A stretch of DNA of 64,000 nt from Acidobacteriota bacterium (lineage in GTDB: Bacteria; Acidobacteriota; Terriglobia; Terriglobales; Acidobacteriaceae), in assembly GCA_003225215.1 (NCBI GenBank), contig QIBC01000002.1, positions 6,589 through 70,588 of the forward strand, given 5' to 3'. The position numbers and the translations under genes are program-made. Below are positions 54,581-64,000 of this stretch, one piece after another. Numbering within the stretch: position 1 is the first letter of the stretch; each line of letters opens with the position of its first letter. The notes beneath the pieces are model-generated. The model saw nothing but the letters and a program-made list of their open reading frames with translations. It did not search any database and was not told the origin of the DNA.

Positions 54581-56320
54581 ATGTTTGGCGCGAACGTTGC
54601 TTCAGACAAAGTAGAGTTCCGGATATGGGCTCCGAAGCTGCACCAGCTTTCGGTTGACGTAAACGGCGCGGTCTTCGAGCTTGATCGCAGCAATGCGGGC
54701 ATATTCTCAGGTACAACGAACGCAAAAGCCGGGGACCGATATTGTTATCTTGTTGGCGACCGGCGGCTGCCCGATCCTGTCTCGCGTTTTCTGCCTGAAG
54801 GTGTGCATGGTCGCACCGAAATTGTCGATCCCGACGGGTTCGCCTGGACCGATGAGAGCTGGGCGGGCTTCGCATTCAGCGAATACGTGATTTATGAGCT
54901 GCATGTTGGGACTTTTTCTGCGGAAGGCACCTTCGACGGCGTAATCGGAAAGCTCGATCACCTGCGATCGCTTGGCGTGACCGCGATCGAGATCATGCCC
55001 GTAGCAGGTTTTCCCGGCGAGCGCAATTGGGGGTACGACGGAGTCTCTCTCTTTGCTGTCCAGGCGAGCTACGGAGGACCAGAAGGTCTCAAGCGCGTTG
55101 TGAATGCCGCGCATCGCGTAGGACTCGCCGTGGTGCTCGATGTTGTTTACAACCACCTCGGCGCCGAAGGAAATTATCTGCGCGAGTTCGGACCGTACTT
55201 CACCGATCGTTATCACACGGTGTGGGGCGATGCTATTAACTACGACGGCGAAGGCAGTGAGCAGGTTCGCAAATATGTAATCGAGAATGCACTGTATTGG
55301 ATTCGTGAGTATCACATTGATGGCTTGCGTCTCGATGCAATACAAGCGATTTATGACAGCTCAAAGACGCACATCATCAAAGAACTAGTAAGCGGCGTGC
55401 AAGAGTTCGCGCGCGGAGCCAATCGGCAAATAGCCGTCATAGCAGAGTCAGACCAGAACGATCGCAATCTAATCCTGCCGGCTAACGAGGCCGGATTTGG
55501 ATTGGATGCTGTTTGGAGCGACGACTTCCATCATTCTGTTCACACGTTTCTGACGAAGGAAAATCGCGGCTATTATCAGGATTATGGAGAGCCGGAGAAG
55601 ATCGTAAAAGCTTTGAACGAAGGCTTCGTCTTCCAAGGACAGCACTATCGCTTCTGGCGCGCCTCACGCGGGTCCAGTCCAGGGGGAATTCCGCTCCTAC
55701 GGCACGTTTTCTGTATTCAGAACCACGATCAGGTTGGGAACCGCTGCACCGGTGAACGTCTAAGTCATCTGGTGCCTCGCGGGGCTGCCAAGGCGGCAGC
55801 CGCATTGCTGCTTCTCGCGCCAGAGACGCCGTTGCTCTTCATGGGCGAAGAGTACGCTGAGCCAGCGCCCTTCCAATTCTTCACCGACTACGGAGATAAG
55901 AACCTACAGGAAGCCGTAGTCGAAGGACGCAAGAAGGAGTTTGAAGACTTCGGCTGGGAAGAAACACCCAATCCGCAGGATCCGAAAACCTTTGCGCGCT
56001 CAAAATTGACGTGGAACATGGATCAAGACATGCTTGCCTGGTACAAGGAGCTCCTGGAACTTCGTCGCAAGTTCGTGACCCACTCACCACGGACCTGTCG
56101 AGCAAGGCTATCGGAAGGAAAGATCGTGGTCGAAGTGCCAGGTCAGAATGCAGAAATAGTACTCACGGTGCGTTTTCTCGGAGGGCGAAAACATACAGAG
56201 GCAAAGGAATCAGCCGAACATGTATTGTTGCGGACCCAAGAGGATGGATACGAAACCGTGATCTTGAAATGTGAGCGCACTTCTCAAGTGCTGCCGCCGA
56301 TCCAAGTGGCCGCCGACTAG
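54581..56320 (+). CDS. treZ: malto-oligosyltrehalose trehalohydrolase (GH13)
   Basis: MFGANV..VEFRIWAP N-domain, GVTAIEIMPV, YNHLG, IDGLRLDAIQAI, VIAESDQND and QNHDQVGNR. An alternative TTG start exists at 54533. Confidence 0.88.
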   Translation: MFGANVASDKVEFRIWAPKLHQLSVDVNGAVFELDRSNAGIFSGTTNAKAGDRYCYLVGDRRLPDPVSRFLPEGVHGRTEIVDPDGFAWTDESWAGFAFSEYVIYELHVGTFSAEGTFDGVIGKLDHLRSLGVTAIEIMPVAGFPGERNWGYDGVSLFAVQASYGGPEGLKRVVNAAHRVGLAVVLDVVYNHLGAEGNYLREFGPYFTDRYHTVWGDAINYDGEGSEQVRKYVIENALYWIREYHIDGLRLDAIQAIYDSSKTHIIKELVSGVQEFARGANRQIAVIAESDQNDRNLILPANEAGFGLDAVWSDDFHHSVHTFLTKENRGYYQDYGEPEKIVKALNEGFVFQGQHYRFWRASRGSSPGGIPLLRHVFCIQNHDQVGNRCTGERLSHLVPRGAAKAAAALLLLAPETPLLFMGEEYAEPAPFQFFTDYGDKNLQEAVVEGRKKEFEDFGWEETPNPQDPKTFARSKLTWNMDQDMLAWYKELLELRRKFVTHSPRTCRARLSEGKIVVEVPGQNAEIVLTVRFLGGRKHTEAKESAEHVLLRTQEDGYETVILKCERTSQVLPPIQVAAD

Positions 56321-56324
56321 CTGG

Positions 56325-59303
56325 TCACGCGCTCACGCCGGCTACCTGGGATTCCGCGGACTCGAACACTCTCTCTACCGTCGCGGGGCAAAGACTGTTG
56401 TAGCCGCAGTTCTTGCAATGAAACCCAGGAGTGGGATTAAAAGCTCCTGCTCGAATTCCATTGGCCACATCCAGAACTTTGCCGCGAATTTTTTCTTCGT
56501 TGTTCACGCGATCGGTTTCGGCGGTGCTGTTGTCTTCGAGGTTGTAGAAGACCAGCTTCTCGACCGTGTGTCCTTCGAGCCTTGCGGCCATCGCGTAGAT
56601 GCCGAGCTGTACGCTGGTGTCCGCATCCACGCTGTTCTTGGGCGCCCCGGTCTTGTAGTCCAGCACCTGAACGGCACCGGTATCGAGCCTGTCAATACGA
56701 TCGATGCGACCGTTGATCATTACATCTTCGATCCCGAAGCGGAACTTCTTCTCGGTGCTGAGGACGTGTGGTTTAGGTTCGAGCGCACGGAGGGCAACAA
56801 ACTGCCGAAGCTGCTCGGCTCCCTGGCGCTCATAGAGCCTTCTCTGCAGAGGTTCCTCGATCTTCGCCTGCTCGAACTCTCGCAAAAAGATTTCAACGCT
56901 TTCTTCTGCAGTGCGTTCAATTCCCTGAAGCACAGCATCGTAGATGTCCTTTAGGGTGGAATGCATCGCCGCTCCATACTGCAGCGCCGCCGATGGTTCT
57001 TCAGGAAGCCGCCAATGCTTTTGTATTGCATATTTCAGCGGACAGATCGCATATGTCTCAATCGCCGACGCACTCAATTCCACTGTTTGCGATACACGCT
57101 TGCCCGCAATAGCCGCCCATGAAGGCAAGTCGAGCACAATTTCTTCGCGAGCCGCGTAACGTGGCTCCCGAATGCGGAGAGCATGTTTCAGAGTTGCGTC
57201 ATCGCCGAGCTCGCGTAAAAATCCCGATGGTGTTTCCTGCCTGCTTTTGCCACCCCGTAGACGGCCATAGAGGGTGAGCGCGTCGCGAGCCCGAGTGACA
57301 GCGACATGAAATAGCCGGCGCTCTTCTTCGCGGTGGATGTCTTCATCGCTCTTTCCAGCAAGAAAATTCGCACGGCTGAGCTCGCGTGGAAACTCAAAAA
57401 GTGTCTCCTTGTAGTTCATCGGGAACGACTGGGAGGCCACTCGCAGCACAAAAATATTCTTGAACTCCAGTCCCTTGGCAGCGTGAACTGTGAGCAGCTT
57501 TACTGCGTCACGCTTCTCGTCAGCATCCTCGGAACCTAAATGCTGGAATTCATCCTCTGGACGCTCGGGAGAAGCAAGCGGAAGCGTCCCTCCGCCAGTC
57601 CGGTACAGATCGAGATACTCGAGAAATTCAAGCAACCTTCCGGTTTGGGAGATGCGCTTCTCTCGCCATTTGGCAGCGAAATCCCGAAATCGAACCAGTT
57701 CGATAGAATCGTGAGAGATATTCAGAAGGGCACCCGCCGCATCGATGACATCGAGCAAGTCCCCATCGACAGCATTCCAATGCTCCGAGAAATTCTGAAG
57801 CGAGCGCTGAAGCTCCGGTCCGCCAGATACCTCTTCGAGAAGCTGAGCTACTTTAGTGCCGCGCGGTGACGAAGACAACTTCGCATACAAAGCGGTGAGG
57901 TCGATGCACGAGTCTGTACGAAGCGCGAGACGAAAGAACGAAACATCAGCGGAGCGAGAAATTAAGCAATGAAGCCACGCCACGAGATCACGCAACGCGT
58001 CGCTCTCGAATACATCGGTGTCCTGTACTTCAAATGGAATCGATCTCGCGCCAAGCTCCTCCACTAACCCTTCGGCGTTAGCGTGGCTGCGAAAGAGAAC
58101 CGCGCAGTCGCGCCACCGTGCACCCTGAGCATGGAGTTCAAGAATACGCTCAGCAATGTCTGAGCACTCTTGCGGATATTCCCGGTACGGAACCATGTCA
58201 ACCGGCTCGGCGGCGAACAGTAGCGCAGTGCCGCTATTGCGATCTTCCTCGTCCCGGGCTGAAACCAACTTCTCGCGCTCAAGACTCAGCCCGCTGCCCG
58301 CCGGTGAGAATCCTGGATTATGACGAATGCTGGAAAAGCCGCAATCGAGAATATTTTGCGTGGAGCGCTGATTCGCCGCCAGATTAATGAGGCTTTTCTG
58401 CTCCAGCCGATCGAAGACGCTAGTGAATTCCGTGAACGCCGCACTCGAAGCGCCACGGAAGTGATAAATGGCCTGGTCAGGATCGCCTACCGCGAATACA
58501 TTCTGCTCAGCTCCCGCTAAAACGCGCGTGAGTTCGATCTGCGCATGGTTTGAATCCTGAAATTCATCAACCAGCAGAAAGCGTGATTTGCGCTGTTCGC
58601 GAGCAAGCAGCACGGCATCGCTTCGCAACAGTTGTGTTGCCCGAGAGACCAGCTCGCCGAAAGTCAGCAGGCGATTCGAGGCCAGCAGCGACTCAACGGC
58701 AGTAAAGATCGCAGAGATCTCTTCGCACCGCTCGAGAACCTCTTGGCGAATCATGCTCTCGGCCTGCTTCTTCTTTCCGACACGGGGCAGTGCGAGTTCT
58801 CCGGTCTTAACGCGAGATACGTATTCGGCGTAAGCGCTCGCATTTACCAACTCGTCAGAACAGCGATCGAAGAAGGTGAGCAGATCTTTGAGGAACCGAC
58901 CTGGATTGGCCGCGCGCAAAAAACGGGTGAGCGGCAGGTCGGCGACTCGCTGGCGCAGAAATGTCCACAGCTCGAATTGATCGAGAAGCTGGAAATCTTC
59001 TCCCATCTCTCGCAGCAGTTGATAGCAATAACCGTGAAACGTCGAGGCGTGCAGCCCTGAGGCTCCGATTCCCGCAGATGACCTCGCGACACGCGACCTG
59101 ATCTCCCGCGCAGCCTTGTGCGTAAACGTGAATGCGCGAATCTCGTTCGGCTGAGCGTGTTTACTGGTAATCAACCGCGATATGCGGTGCACGAGGACGC
59201 TGGTTTTCCCGGTTCCTGCTCCCGCGAGGACCAACATTGGCCCATGAACGTGATTGGCCGCTTGTTTTTGCTTCGGATTAAGCTGCGAATACGAAATTCC
59301 CAT
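56325..59303 (-). CDS. UvrD/PcrA-type helicase fused to C-terminal PD-(D/E)xK (AddB/Cas4-like, Cys-cluster) nuclease
   Basis: Motif I LAGAGTGKTS, DEFQDS and VHAAKGLEF. The C-terminus has YAICPLKY...GRIDRID...VLDYKTG...FHCKNCGYNSLCP. Confidence 0.9.
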   Translation of the reverse strand: MGISYSQLNPKQKQAANHVHGPMLVLAGAGTGKTSVLVHRISRLITSKHAQPNEIRAFTFTHKAAREIRSRVARSSAGIGASGLHASTFHGYCYQLLREMGEDFQLLDQFELWTFLRQRVADLPLTRFLRAANPGRFLKDLLTFFDRCSDELVNASAYAEYVSRVKTGELALPRVGKKKQAESMIRQEVLERCEEISAIFTAVESLLASNRLLTFGELVSRATQLLRSDAVLLAREQRKSRFLLVDEFQDSNHAQIELTRVLAGAEQNVFAVGDPDQAIYHFRGASSAAFTEFTSVFDRLEQKSLINLAANQRSTQNILDCGFSSIRHNPGFSPAGSGLSLEREKLVSARDEEDRNSGTALLFAAEPVDMVPYREYPQECSDIAERILELHAQGARWRDCAVLFRSHANAEGLVEELGARSIPFEVQDTDVFESDALRDLVAWLHCLISRSADVSFFRLALRTDSCIDLTALYAKLSSSPRGTKVAQLLEEVSGGPELQRSLQNFSEHWNAVDGDLLDVIDAAGALLNISHDSIELVRFRDFAAKWREKRISQTGRLLEFLEYLDLYRTGGGTLPLASPERPEDEFQHLGSEDADEKRDAVKLLTVHAAKGLEFKNIFVLRVASQSFPMNYKETLFEFPRELSRANFLAGKSDEDIHREEERRLFHVAVTRARDALTLYGRLRGGKSRQETPSGFLRELGDDATLKHALRIREPRYAAREEIVLDLPSWAAIAGKRVSQTVELSASAIETYAICPLKYAIQKHWRLPEEPSAALQYGAAMHSTLKDIYDAVLQGIERTAEESVEIFLREFEQAKIEEPLQRRLYERQGAEQLRQFVALRALEPKPHVLSTEKKFRFGIEDVMINGRIDRIDRLDTGAVQVLDYKTGAPKNSVDADTSVQLGIYAMAARLEGHTVEKLVFYNLEDNSTAETDRVNNEEKIRGKVLDVANGIRAGAFNPTPGFHCKNCGYNSLCPATVERVFESAESQVAGVSA

Positions 59304-59667
59304 GGAGCCCTTGAGTACTAGAGTGCATTATGCGAAAGAAAGGCGAATGAAGCAACGTAAAACTGCTGCTTGGATGAAAGTGCAAAAGTGGAAGGCGGAA
59401 GGTACGAAGCGCGAGGGCAAAATCACTATGACTTCAGGAACGGGAATTTCGTTCGTGCCGCGTCTCGCGGTACGATGCGAAATCAGCCGGGCAGTAACGT
59501 CCCCAGGCAACGCTAAGGAATCCGAGCTCCAAGGAGGGCCAGCACTTGCAAAATGCAATAAAAGCTGTGCCACCGCAGGGTTCTCTGGGTAGCCGACCTT
59601 CCCGGATGCGAATGGCGGGCTCACCTCACATAACGCCGCAAGCAGCGGCACGAAACAATCGAGCGGA

Positions 59668-60381
59668 TTAGCTTTGCGATGACTGCGCGATTGCCAGGGC
59701 GGCGATTGCCGCTGTCTCGGCGCGGAGTATTGTGGGCCCAAGCGATGCGTGTACCCATTGATGGACACGAAACAAAGCAAGCTCCGATCCGGTCCATCCT
59801 CCTTCAGGACCGATTGCAAGCGACAGCTCTGAAACATCACGAACCGTCTCTGCCAGCTTGTGCTCACGCTCTGTTTCCGCCAGCACGATCCGTTTTCCGG
59901 GTGCACGAGAAATTACCTCCTCAAGCGTTCCGGGCTTGCAAATTTCCGGAACAGCGTCACGCCGGGATTGCTGCGCAGCTTCATGCGCGATTCTGCGCCA
60001 GCGTTCCACCCGCTTTGGGGCTGCCGATACAAGATACGAATCCGTGCGGCGCGCGATTAGAGGAACAATGCTGCTAACTCCTAGCTCCGTGCATTTTTCT
60101 ACCGCGCATTCGAACCGATCGAACTTGAAGATGGCCAAATACAGGTGAATCGGCACTCTATGCGGCACAAGGTTGAGTTGAGGCAGATCGCCGGTGGAAA
60201 AAACGACGCGCTCGGGCTCAATCTCTACGATCTCGCCCAGGCATATACCGGCAGGCGTTGCGATCTCGAATCGTTGGCCCACACGCGCGCGTAGAACGCG
60301 CACGAGATGCTCAGCGTTCTTGCCTAGCAGAAATGCCCGGTCGCCCGTTACCTCATCGGCGATCCAGCGACGGCGAGTCAT
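59668..60381 (-). CDS. rsmE: 16S rRNA (uracil1498-N3)-methyltransferase
   Basis: RsmE length and pattern, with LAIGPEGGWTGSEL and LGPTILRAETAAIAAL. Confidence 0.88.
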   Translation of the reverse strand: MTRRRWIADEVTGDRAFLLGKNAEHLVRVLRARVGQRFEIATPAGICLGEIVEIEPERVVFSTGDLPQLNLVPHRVPIHLYLAIFKFDRFECAVEKCTELGVSSIVPLIARRTDSYLVSAAPKRVERWRRIAHEAAQQSRRDAVPEICKPGTLEEVISRAPGKRIVLAETEREHKLAETVRDVSELSLAIGPEGGWTGSELALFRVHQWVHASLGPTILRAETAAIAALAIAQSSQS

Positions 60382-60394
60382 GTGGGAGAGCCGC

Positions 60395-61498
60395 TTATTG
60401 CAAGCGTGCCTTTATGCGTTCAAAGAAGCTGCGTTTGTCCTGCTTCTCGTCGATCTGTGTGATGATGGCCAACTCTTCTAAAAGCTCGTGTTGACGCGGC
60501 GAAAGCTTCTTCGGAATCTGCACGTCGACGTGGACGATGAGGTCTCCCCGACCTCGCCCGCGCAGCACAGGAACGCCTTTGTTCCGAATTGGAATCTGCT
60601 GGCCGCTCTGTGTTCCAGCAGGAATCTTCAGTGTGTGTTCCCCCTCGAAAGTAGGCACGGTGACCTCCGTTCCGAGAGCAGCCTGCGGAAACGCGATTGA
60701 AACCATGCAATGCAGGTCATTTCCGTCACGCGCGTAGTAGGAATCTTCCTTGACGCTGAGAACCACGTATAAGTCACCTGGCGGGCCGCCGAACACGCCC
60801 GCCTCGCCCTCGCCCTCATAGCGAATGCGCGTGCCGTCTTCGACTCCGGGCGGAATGTCAATCTGCATCTTATGTTCGCGAATTACGCGACCTTGGCCGC
60901 GGCATGTCTTGCACGGATCGCTAATCACCTGCCCCGTGCCGCCGCACGTTCCACAGGTGCGTGCCACGCTGAAGAAGCCTTGCTGATAGCGAAGCTGTCC
61001 CCGTCCTCCGCACGCACTGCAAGTCGCAGGCTGCTTGCCGTGAGCAGCGCCAGTTCCGTGACAAGCATCGCAAGTTTCCGTTTTGCGTACAGGAATTTCG
61101 GTGCTCTTGCCGAAGATCGCATCTTTCAGTTCGATGGTGATATCGGCACGCAGATCTGCCCCGCGCTGCGCGCGGCTGCGGCGGCGCCCGCCGCCGAAGG
61201 CATCGCCAAATCCGAAGAGATCGCCGAAGATTTCGCTGAGATCCTGGAACGATGAAGCATCAAATCCTCCTGCGCTTCCAACCGCCGCATGACCAAAGTG
61301 GTCGTACTGCGCGCGCTTCTTCTCATCCGAGAGAATGCTGTAGGCTTCGCTCGCTTCTTTGAATTTCTCTTCCGCTTCCTGATCGCCCGGATTGCGGTCC
61401 GGATGAAACTGCATGGCGAGCTTGCGGTAAGAACTCTTCAACTCCTGCTCGGTGCAAGTCCGGCTTACACCTAGAACTTCGTAATAGTCCCGCTTCAC
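60395..61498 (-). CDS. dnaJ: molecular chaperone DnaJ
   Basis: J-domain DYYEVLGV...HPDRNPG, a G/F region and four CxxCxGxG repeats (CDACHGTG, CSACGGRG, CGTCGGTG, CKTCRGQG). Confidence 0.97.
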   Translation of the reverse strand: MKRDYYEVLGVSRTCTEQELKSSYRKLAMQFHPDRNPGDQEAEEKFKEASEAYSILSDEKKRAQYDHFGHAAVGSAGGFDASSFQDLSEIFGDLFGFGDAFGGGRRRSRAQRGADLRADITIELKDAIFGKSTEIPVRKTETCDACHGTGAAHGKQPATCSACGGRGQLRYQQGFFSVARTCGTCGGTGQVISDPCKTCRGQGRVIREHKMQIDIPPGVEDGTRIRYEGEGEAGVFGGPPGDLYVVLSVKEDSYYARDGNDLHCMVSIAFPQAALGTEVTVPTFEGEHTLKIPAGTQSGQQIPIRNKGVPVLRGRGRGDLIVHVDVQIPKKLSPRQHELLEELAIITQIDEKQDKRSFFERIKARLQ

Positions 61499-61522
61499 TT
61501 TTGTAGGCAGGTCGATTCTCCG

Positions 61523-62116
61523 TTATTTGCTGGTTGGATTGGTAGCCACTCGGACCATCGCTGGACGCAGCAGCCGCTCTTTCAGCTTGTATCCGCGCTG
61601 CAGCTCATCGATCACTTCGTGATCGCCGTGGTCTGGCGATTCCACCATCTCGATCGCCTCATGCACGCGCGGATCGAAGGTGCTGCCTTGCGCAGGAATT
61701 GCCTGGACTCCGAGCCGCGAGAGAACATCGTCCATCTGCTTGCGGATCAGTTCGATTCCCGAACGCAGCGCCGGATCCGTGCTCTCGGTCTTTTGGCTAC
61801 GCAATGCCAGATCGAAATTATCCAAAATGGGAAGGAAGTTCTTTACCGCGTCCGCGACCGCATACTCGCGAAACTCCGCCTGCTCGCGCGCATTGCGCTT
61901 GCGGTAGTTTTCGAATTCGGCCTGAAGCCTCGCCAACCGGTCGAGCAGAGCATCGCGTTCCTGGCCAACGCGATCGTATTCCTGACGCGACACTCCGCCT
62001 TGCGATTCCTGCGCCAGCTCCTGAGCATCGGCAGGAGGCAAAGATTCGTGTCCACCGTTCTGTTGTCTGTCTTCCGCCATCTGTACTGATTGATCTCGTT
62101 CATTATCGAATGCCAT
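61523..62116 (-). CDS. grpE: nucleotide exchange factor GrpE
   Basis: RLQAEFENYRKR, FDPRVHEAI and GYKLKERLLRPAMV. Confidence 0.95.
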   Translation of the reverse strand: MAFDNERDQSVQMAEDRQQNGGHESLPPADAQELAQESQGGVSRQEYDRVGQERDALLDRLARLQAEFENYRKRNAREQAEFREYAVADAVKNFLPILDNFDLALRSQKTESTDPALRSGIELIRKQMDDVLSRLGVQAIPAQGSTFDPRVHEAIEMVESPDHGDHEVIDELQRGYKLKERLLRPAMVRVATNPTSK

Positions 62117-62124
62117 AGATGTAA

Positions 62125-63168
62125 TTACTCGTTCTCGTTTAAGACTTTGTCAAATAACTGCGCTATGTACGACACAGCCGTAATCGTGTGCTCGTAATCC
62201 ATTCTGGTTGGGCCGATCACAGCCAACGAACCCACTACTTGCCCGCCCACTCGGGCCGGCGCTCCAATCAGCACCAGATTGCGCATCTCGGGCAAACGGT
62301 CTTCCAAGCCAATCACCACGCGAACCGCTTCCTGCTTGGTATCGACATAGCTGGAAAGTAGCTCCACGATGCGCTGCTTCTCTTCGAGGACACGCAGCAT
62401 TTCTCGCAGCCGCTCGCGATCCGTATCTTTCACCACCAGGTTGGAGACTCCCTCGACCCATACCGTTTTGGGATCGTCCTCCTGATGCAATGCTCCGCCG
62501 CGATAGAGCTGCTCCAGGGAGCTCATGAGCTGGGCATACTCGCTGCGCTCCCGTTCGATTCGCCGTGCCAGTTCGGAGCGGATGGATTCAATCGTCCAAC
62601 CCTGGAAGTTCAAGTTGATGTAATTCGCCGCGTTCTCGAGTTCCGTCTGCGAGACGTCGCGCTCCATGCGCAACGCACGATCGCGAACAACTCCCGACTT
62701 GGTGACGACAACCGCAAGAACCTTGCCGGTACTTAGACGCGAGAAATAGACGTGCTCCAATTCATGTCGATCCGCGCCAGGAGCCGATATTGCTACGCCG
62801 ACTCCCCGTGAGATGAGCGACAACACATGCGAGGTGCGCTCCAAAAATTCCTGGGGATCGCCAATTCCAGAGAACGAGTTCGTAATGAGTTCTTGGTCAG
62901 CATGCGAAATCTGCGCCCGGCCAGTGAGCTGCTCCACGTAGTAACGGTATCCCTGCGGTGAGGGGACCCGGCCAGCAGACGTATGCGGCTGCTCCAGCAT
63001 CCCGGCATCTGCCAAGTCTGCCATCACATTCCGGATCGTCGCCGGACTCAATCCATCTTTGTTGCTGCGAGCGAGGGTCCGCGAGCCCACCGGTTCCCCG
63101 GTAGAGATGTACGTCTCGATGATGGCGGTCAGGATCTCGCGTTCGCGGGACCCAATGGCGCTTGGCAT
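62125..63168 (-). CDS. hrcA: heat-inducible transcription repressor HrcA
   Basis: SREREILTAIIETYISTGEPVGSRTLA, LSPATIRNVMADL and the full-length 347 aa. Confidence 0.95.
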   Translation of the reverse strand: MPSAIGSREREILTAIIETYISTGEPVGSRTLARSNKDGLSPATIRNVMADLADAGMLEQPHTSAGRVPSPQGYRYYVEQLTGRAQISHADQELITNSFSGIGDPQEFLERTSHVLSLISRGVGVAISAPGADRHELEHVYFSRLSTGKVLAVVVTKSGVVRDRALRMERDVSQTELENAANYINLNFQGWTIESIRSELARRIERERSEYAQLMSSLEQLYRGGALHQEDDPKTVWVEGVSNLVVKDTDRERLREMLRVLEEKQRIVELLSSYVDTKQEAVRVVIGLEDRLPEMRNLVLIGAPARVGGQVVGSLAVIGPTRMDYEHTITAVSYIAQLFDKVLNENE

Positions 63169-63260
63169 ACTGCTAAGTTATTGATTCTGCTAGATTAAGT
63201 TAATTTAGCAGAGACACCCTGATGATTAGATGATAGGAACCTTAGCGGGATGCTGTCAAG

Positions 63261-63287
63261 ATAGCACTCCGGGCTCGGGAGTGCTAA
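63261..63287. promoter_or_regulatory. CIRCE operator (HrcA binding site)
   Basis: aTAGCACTC-cgggctcgg-GAGTGCTAA matches the consensus TTAGCACTC-N9-GAGTGCTAA. It lies 93 nt upstream of the hrcA start. Confidence 0.9.
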
Positions 63288-63297
63288 GCGTGGGAAA

Positions 63298-63418
63298 GGC
63301 GAACCCGAAGGCACAAAGGGGAAAAGAAGAGGTCACGAAGAACCAAGCTTGCAAGTCAAAGTTGACGGCCTGCTCGCTTCGTGACCTCGATGTTTCCTTC
63401 GTGACCTTCGTGTTCGCC
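63298..63418. repeat. inverted-repeat element of the 'cacgaaggtcacgaagg' family, short-spacer copy
   Basis: ggcgaacccgaaggcacaaagg...gaggtcacgaag pairs with cttcgtgacctc...ccttcgtgaccttcgtgttcgcc. The arm motifs are shared with 45681-45836. Confidence 0.7.
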
Positions 63419-63427
63419 TCGTCCGGG

Positions 63428-64000
63428 TCATCGAATTTCGATCACGCTTTCGGTTTTATGCTCGGCAGCAGTCCGGGCGATCTGACGCGCGAAGGCGAAG
63501 AATGACTTAGCATGCGGAGAATCCTCACCTCCCAGAACCGCTGGTAAACCTGAATCGCCACCTTTGCGGACATCCGGATCAAGCTCTACAGATCCCAGAT
63601 ATGGCACGCCGAATTGCTTCGCCGTACGCTCAACTCCGCCCTTGGAAAAGATGTCGATCTCGTGGTGGCAGTGCGGACAGAGAAAGGTGCTCATGTTCTC
63701 GACCACGCCAAAGACGTCCACTTTTACGCCGCGAAACATTTCAATGGCCTTGCGCGCATCTTGAAGCGAAACATCTGAAGGCGTCGAGACAACAATCGCC
63801 CCTGTGAGTGGCACGGTTTGGAATAATGAGATGACCACATCGCCGGTTCCGGGCGGAAGATCGACGATCAGAAAATCGAGTTCGCCCCACTCCACCTGTT
63901 GCAGAAACTGCTTGATGATCGAGTGCAGCATCGGCCCGCGCCACACGAGAGGACGATCGCCAGGGCTGATGAATCCAACCGAGATCACCTTTACGCCGTG
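63428..64000 (-). CDS. apbC: Mrp/ApbC/NBP35-family iron-sulfur cluster carrier ATPase (5' end lies outside the window)
   Basis: DFLIVDLPPGTGD, VVSTP, the ENMSTFLCPHCHHEIDIF CxxC motif and YLGSVELDPDVR. Confidence 0.9.
   Translation of the reverse strand, partial: HGVKVISVGFISPGDRPLVWRGPMLHSIIKQFLQQVEWGELDFLIVDLPPGTGDVVISLFQTVPLTGAIVVSTPSDVSLQDARKAIEMFRGVKVDVFGVVENMSTFLCPHCHHEIDIFSKGGVERTAKQFGVPYLGSVELDPDVRKGGDSGLPAVLGGEDSPHAKSFFAFARQIARTAAEHKTESVIEIR

Noticed and set aside
59304-59667. ORFs 59254..59592 (+) and 59328..59906 (-) between the helicase and rsmE.
   Set aside because: One overlaps the helicase 5' end and the other overlaps rsmE. Neither has recognisable domains or translation signals, so the region was left as intergenic.
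63171-63221. A second, degenerate CIRCE-like inverted repeat (ctgctaa...ttagcag) just upstream of the hrcA start.
   Set aside because: Only 7 bp of each arm match and the spacing is far from N9. It is more likely to be part of the promoter or 5' UTR than an operator.
1-64000. tRNA, rRNA and riboswitch genes.
   Set aside because: I scanned by eye for T-loop (GGTTCGAATCC-like) and other hallmark motifs and found none. A tRNAscan/Infernal run would be needed to exclude them formally.

Overview
The window is a 64-kb chromosomal segment of a Gram-negative bacterium. Gene content suggests a soil Acidobacteriota-like organism: a CarboxypepD_reg-type TonB-dependent receptor, CHAT/TPR and ECF sigma genes, and 'cacgaagg'/'cacggag' palindromic repeats. 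That assignment is inference only. Almost all of the window is coding, and many genes are translationally coupled through ATGA/GTGA overlaps.

Housekeeping blocks:
- an aa3-type cytochrome c oxidase operon
- a fused-ATPase peptide ABC importer
- hrcA-grpE-dnaJ with a CIRCE operator
- rsmE, kdsD, treZ and a UvrD/PD-(D/E)xK helicase-nuclease
- two tandem rhodaneses and a BlaI/BlaR1 pair

Most notable loci:
1. A four-gene, tightly coupled operon at 46630-52375. It encodes a one-domain and a two-domain secreted beta-rich subunit, a chaperone-positioned periplasmic protein and a 1031-aa outer-membrane protein with usher-like topology but no recognisable usher sequence. I read it as a candidate non-canonical fibre/pilus assembly system.
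2. A seven-gene synthase-dependent exopolysaccharide locus at 2986-11215: wecB, a PgaC-like GT2 synthase, a beta-helix protein, a helical secreted protein, a deacetylase-like protein, a YaiO-like barrel and a polytopic membrane protein.
3. A peptide ABC importer translationally coupled to an ECF sigma factor and a TPR-CHAT protease, followed by a TM-less ZAS anti-sigma, an S8 subtilase with a triplicated octapeptide, and an HD-GYP protein.
4. A CMD/AhpD-family gene with an in-frame TGA at a CxxC cysteine position and a downstream hairpin, which makes it a probable selenoprotein.

Three genes are disrupted: guaA (internal deletion plus frameshift), a TonB-dependent receptor (frameshift) and an FtsX permease (frameshift). 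These could be real pseudogenes or assembly and indel errors. Several palindromic or dispersed repeat families sit in the intergenic regions. I recognised no rRNA, tRNA or CRISPR array by eye.
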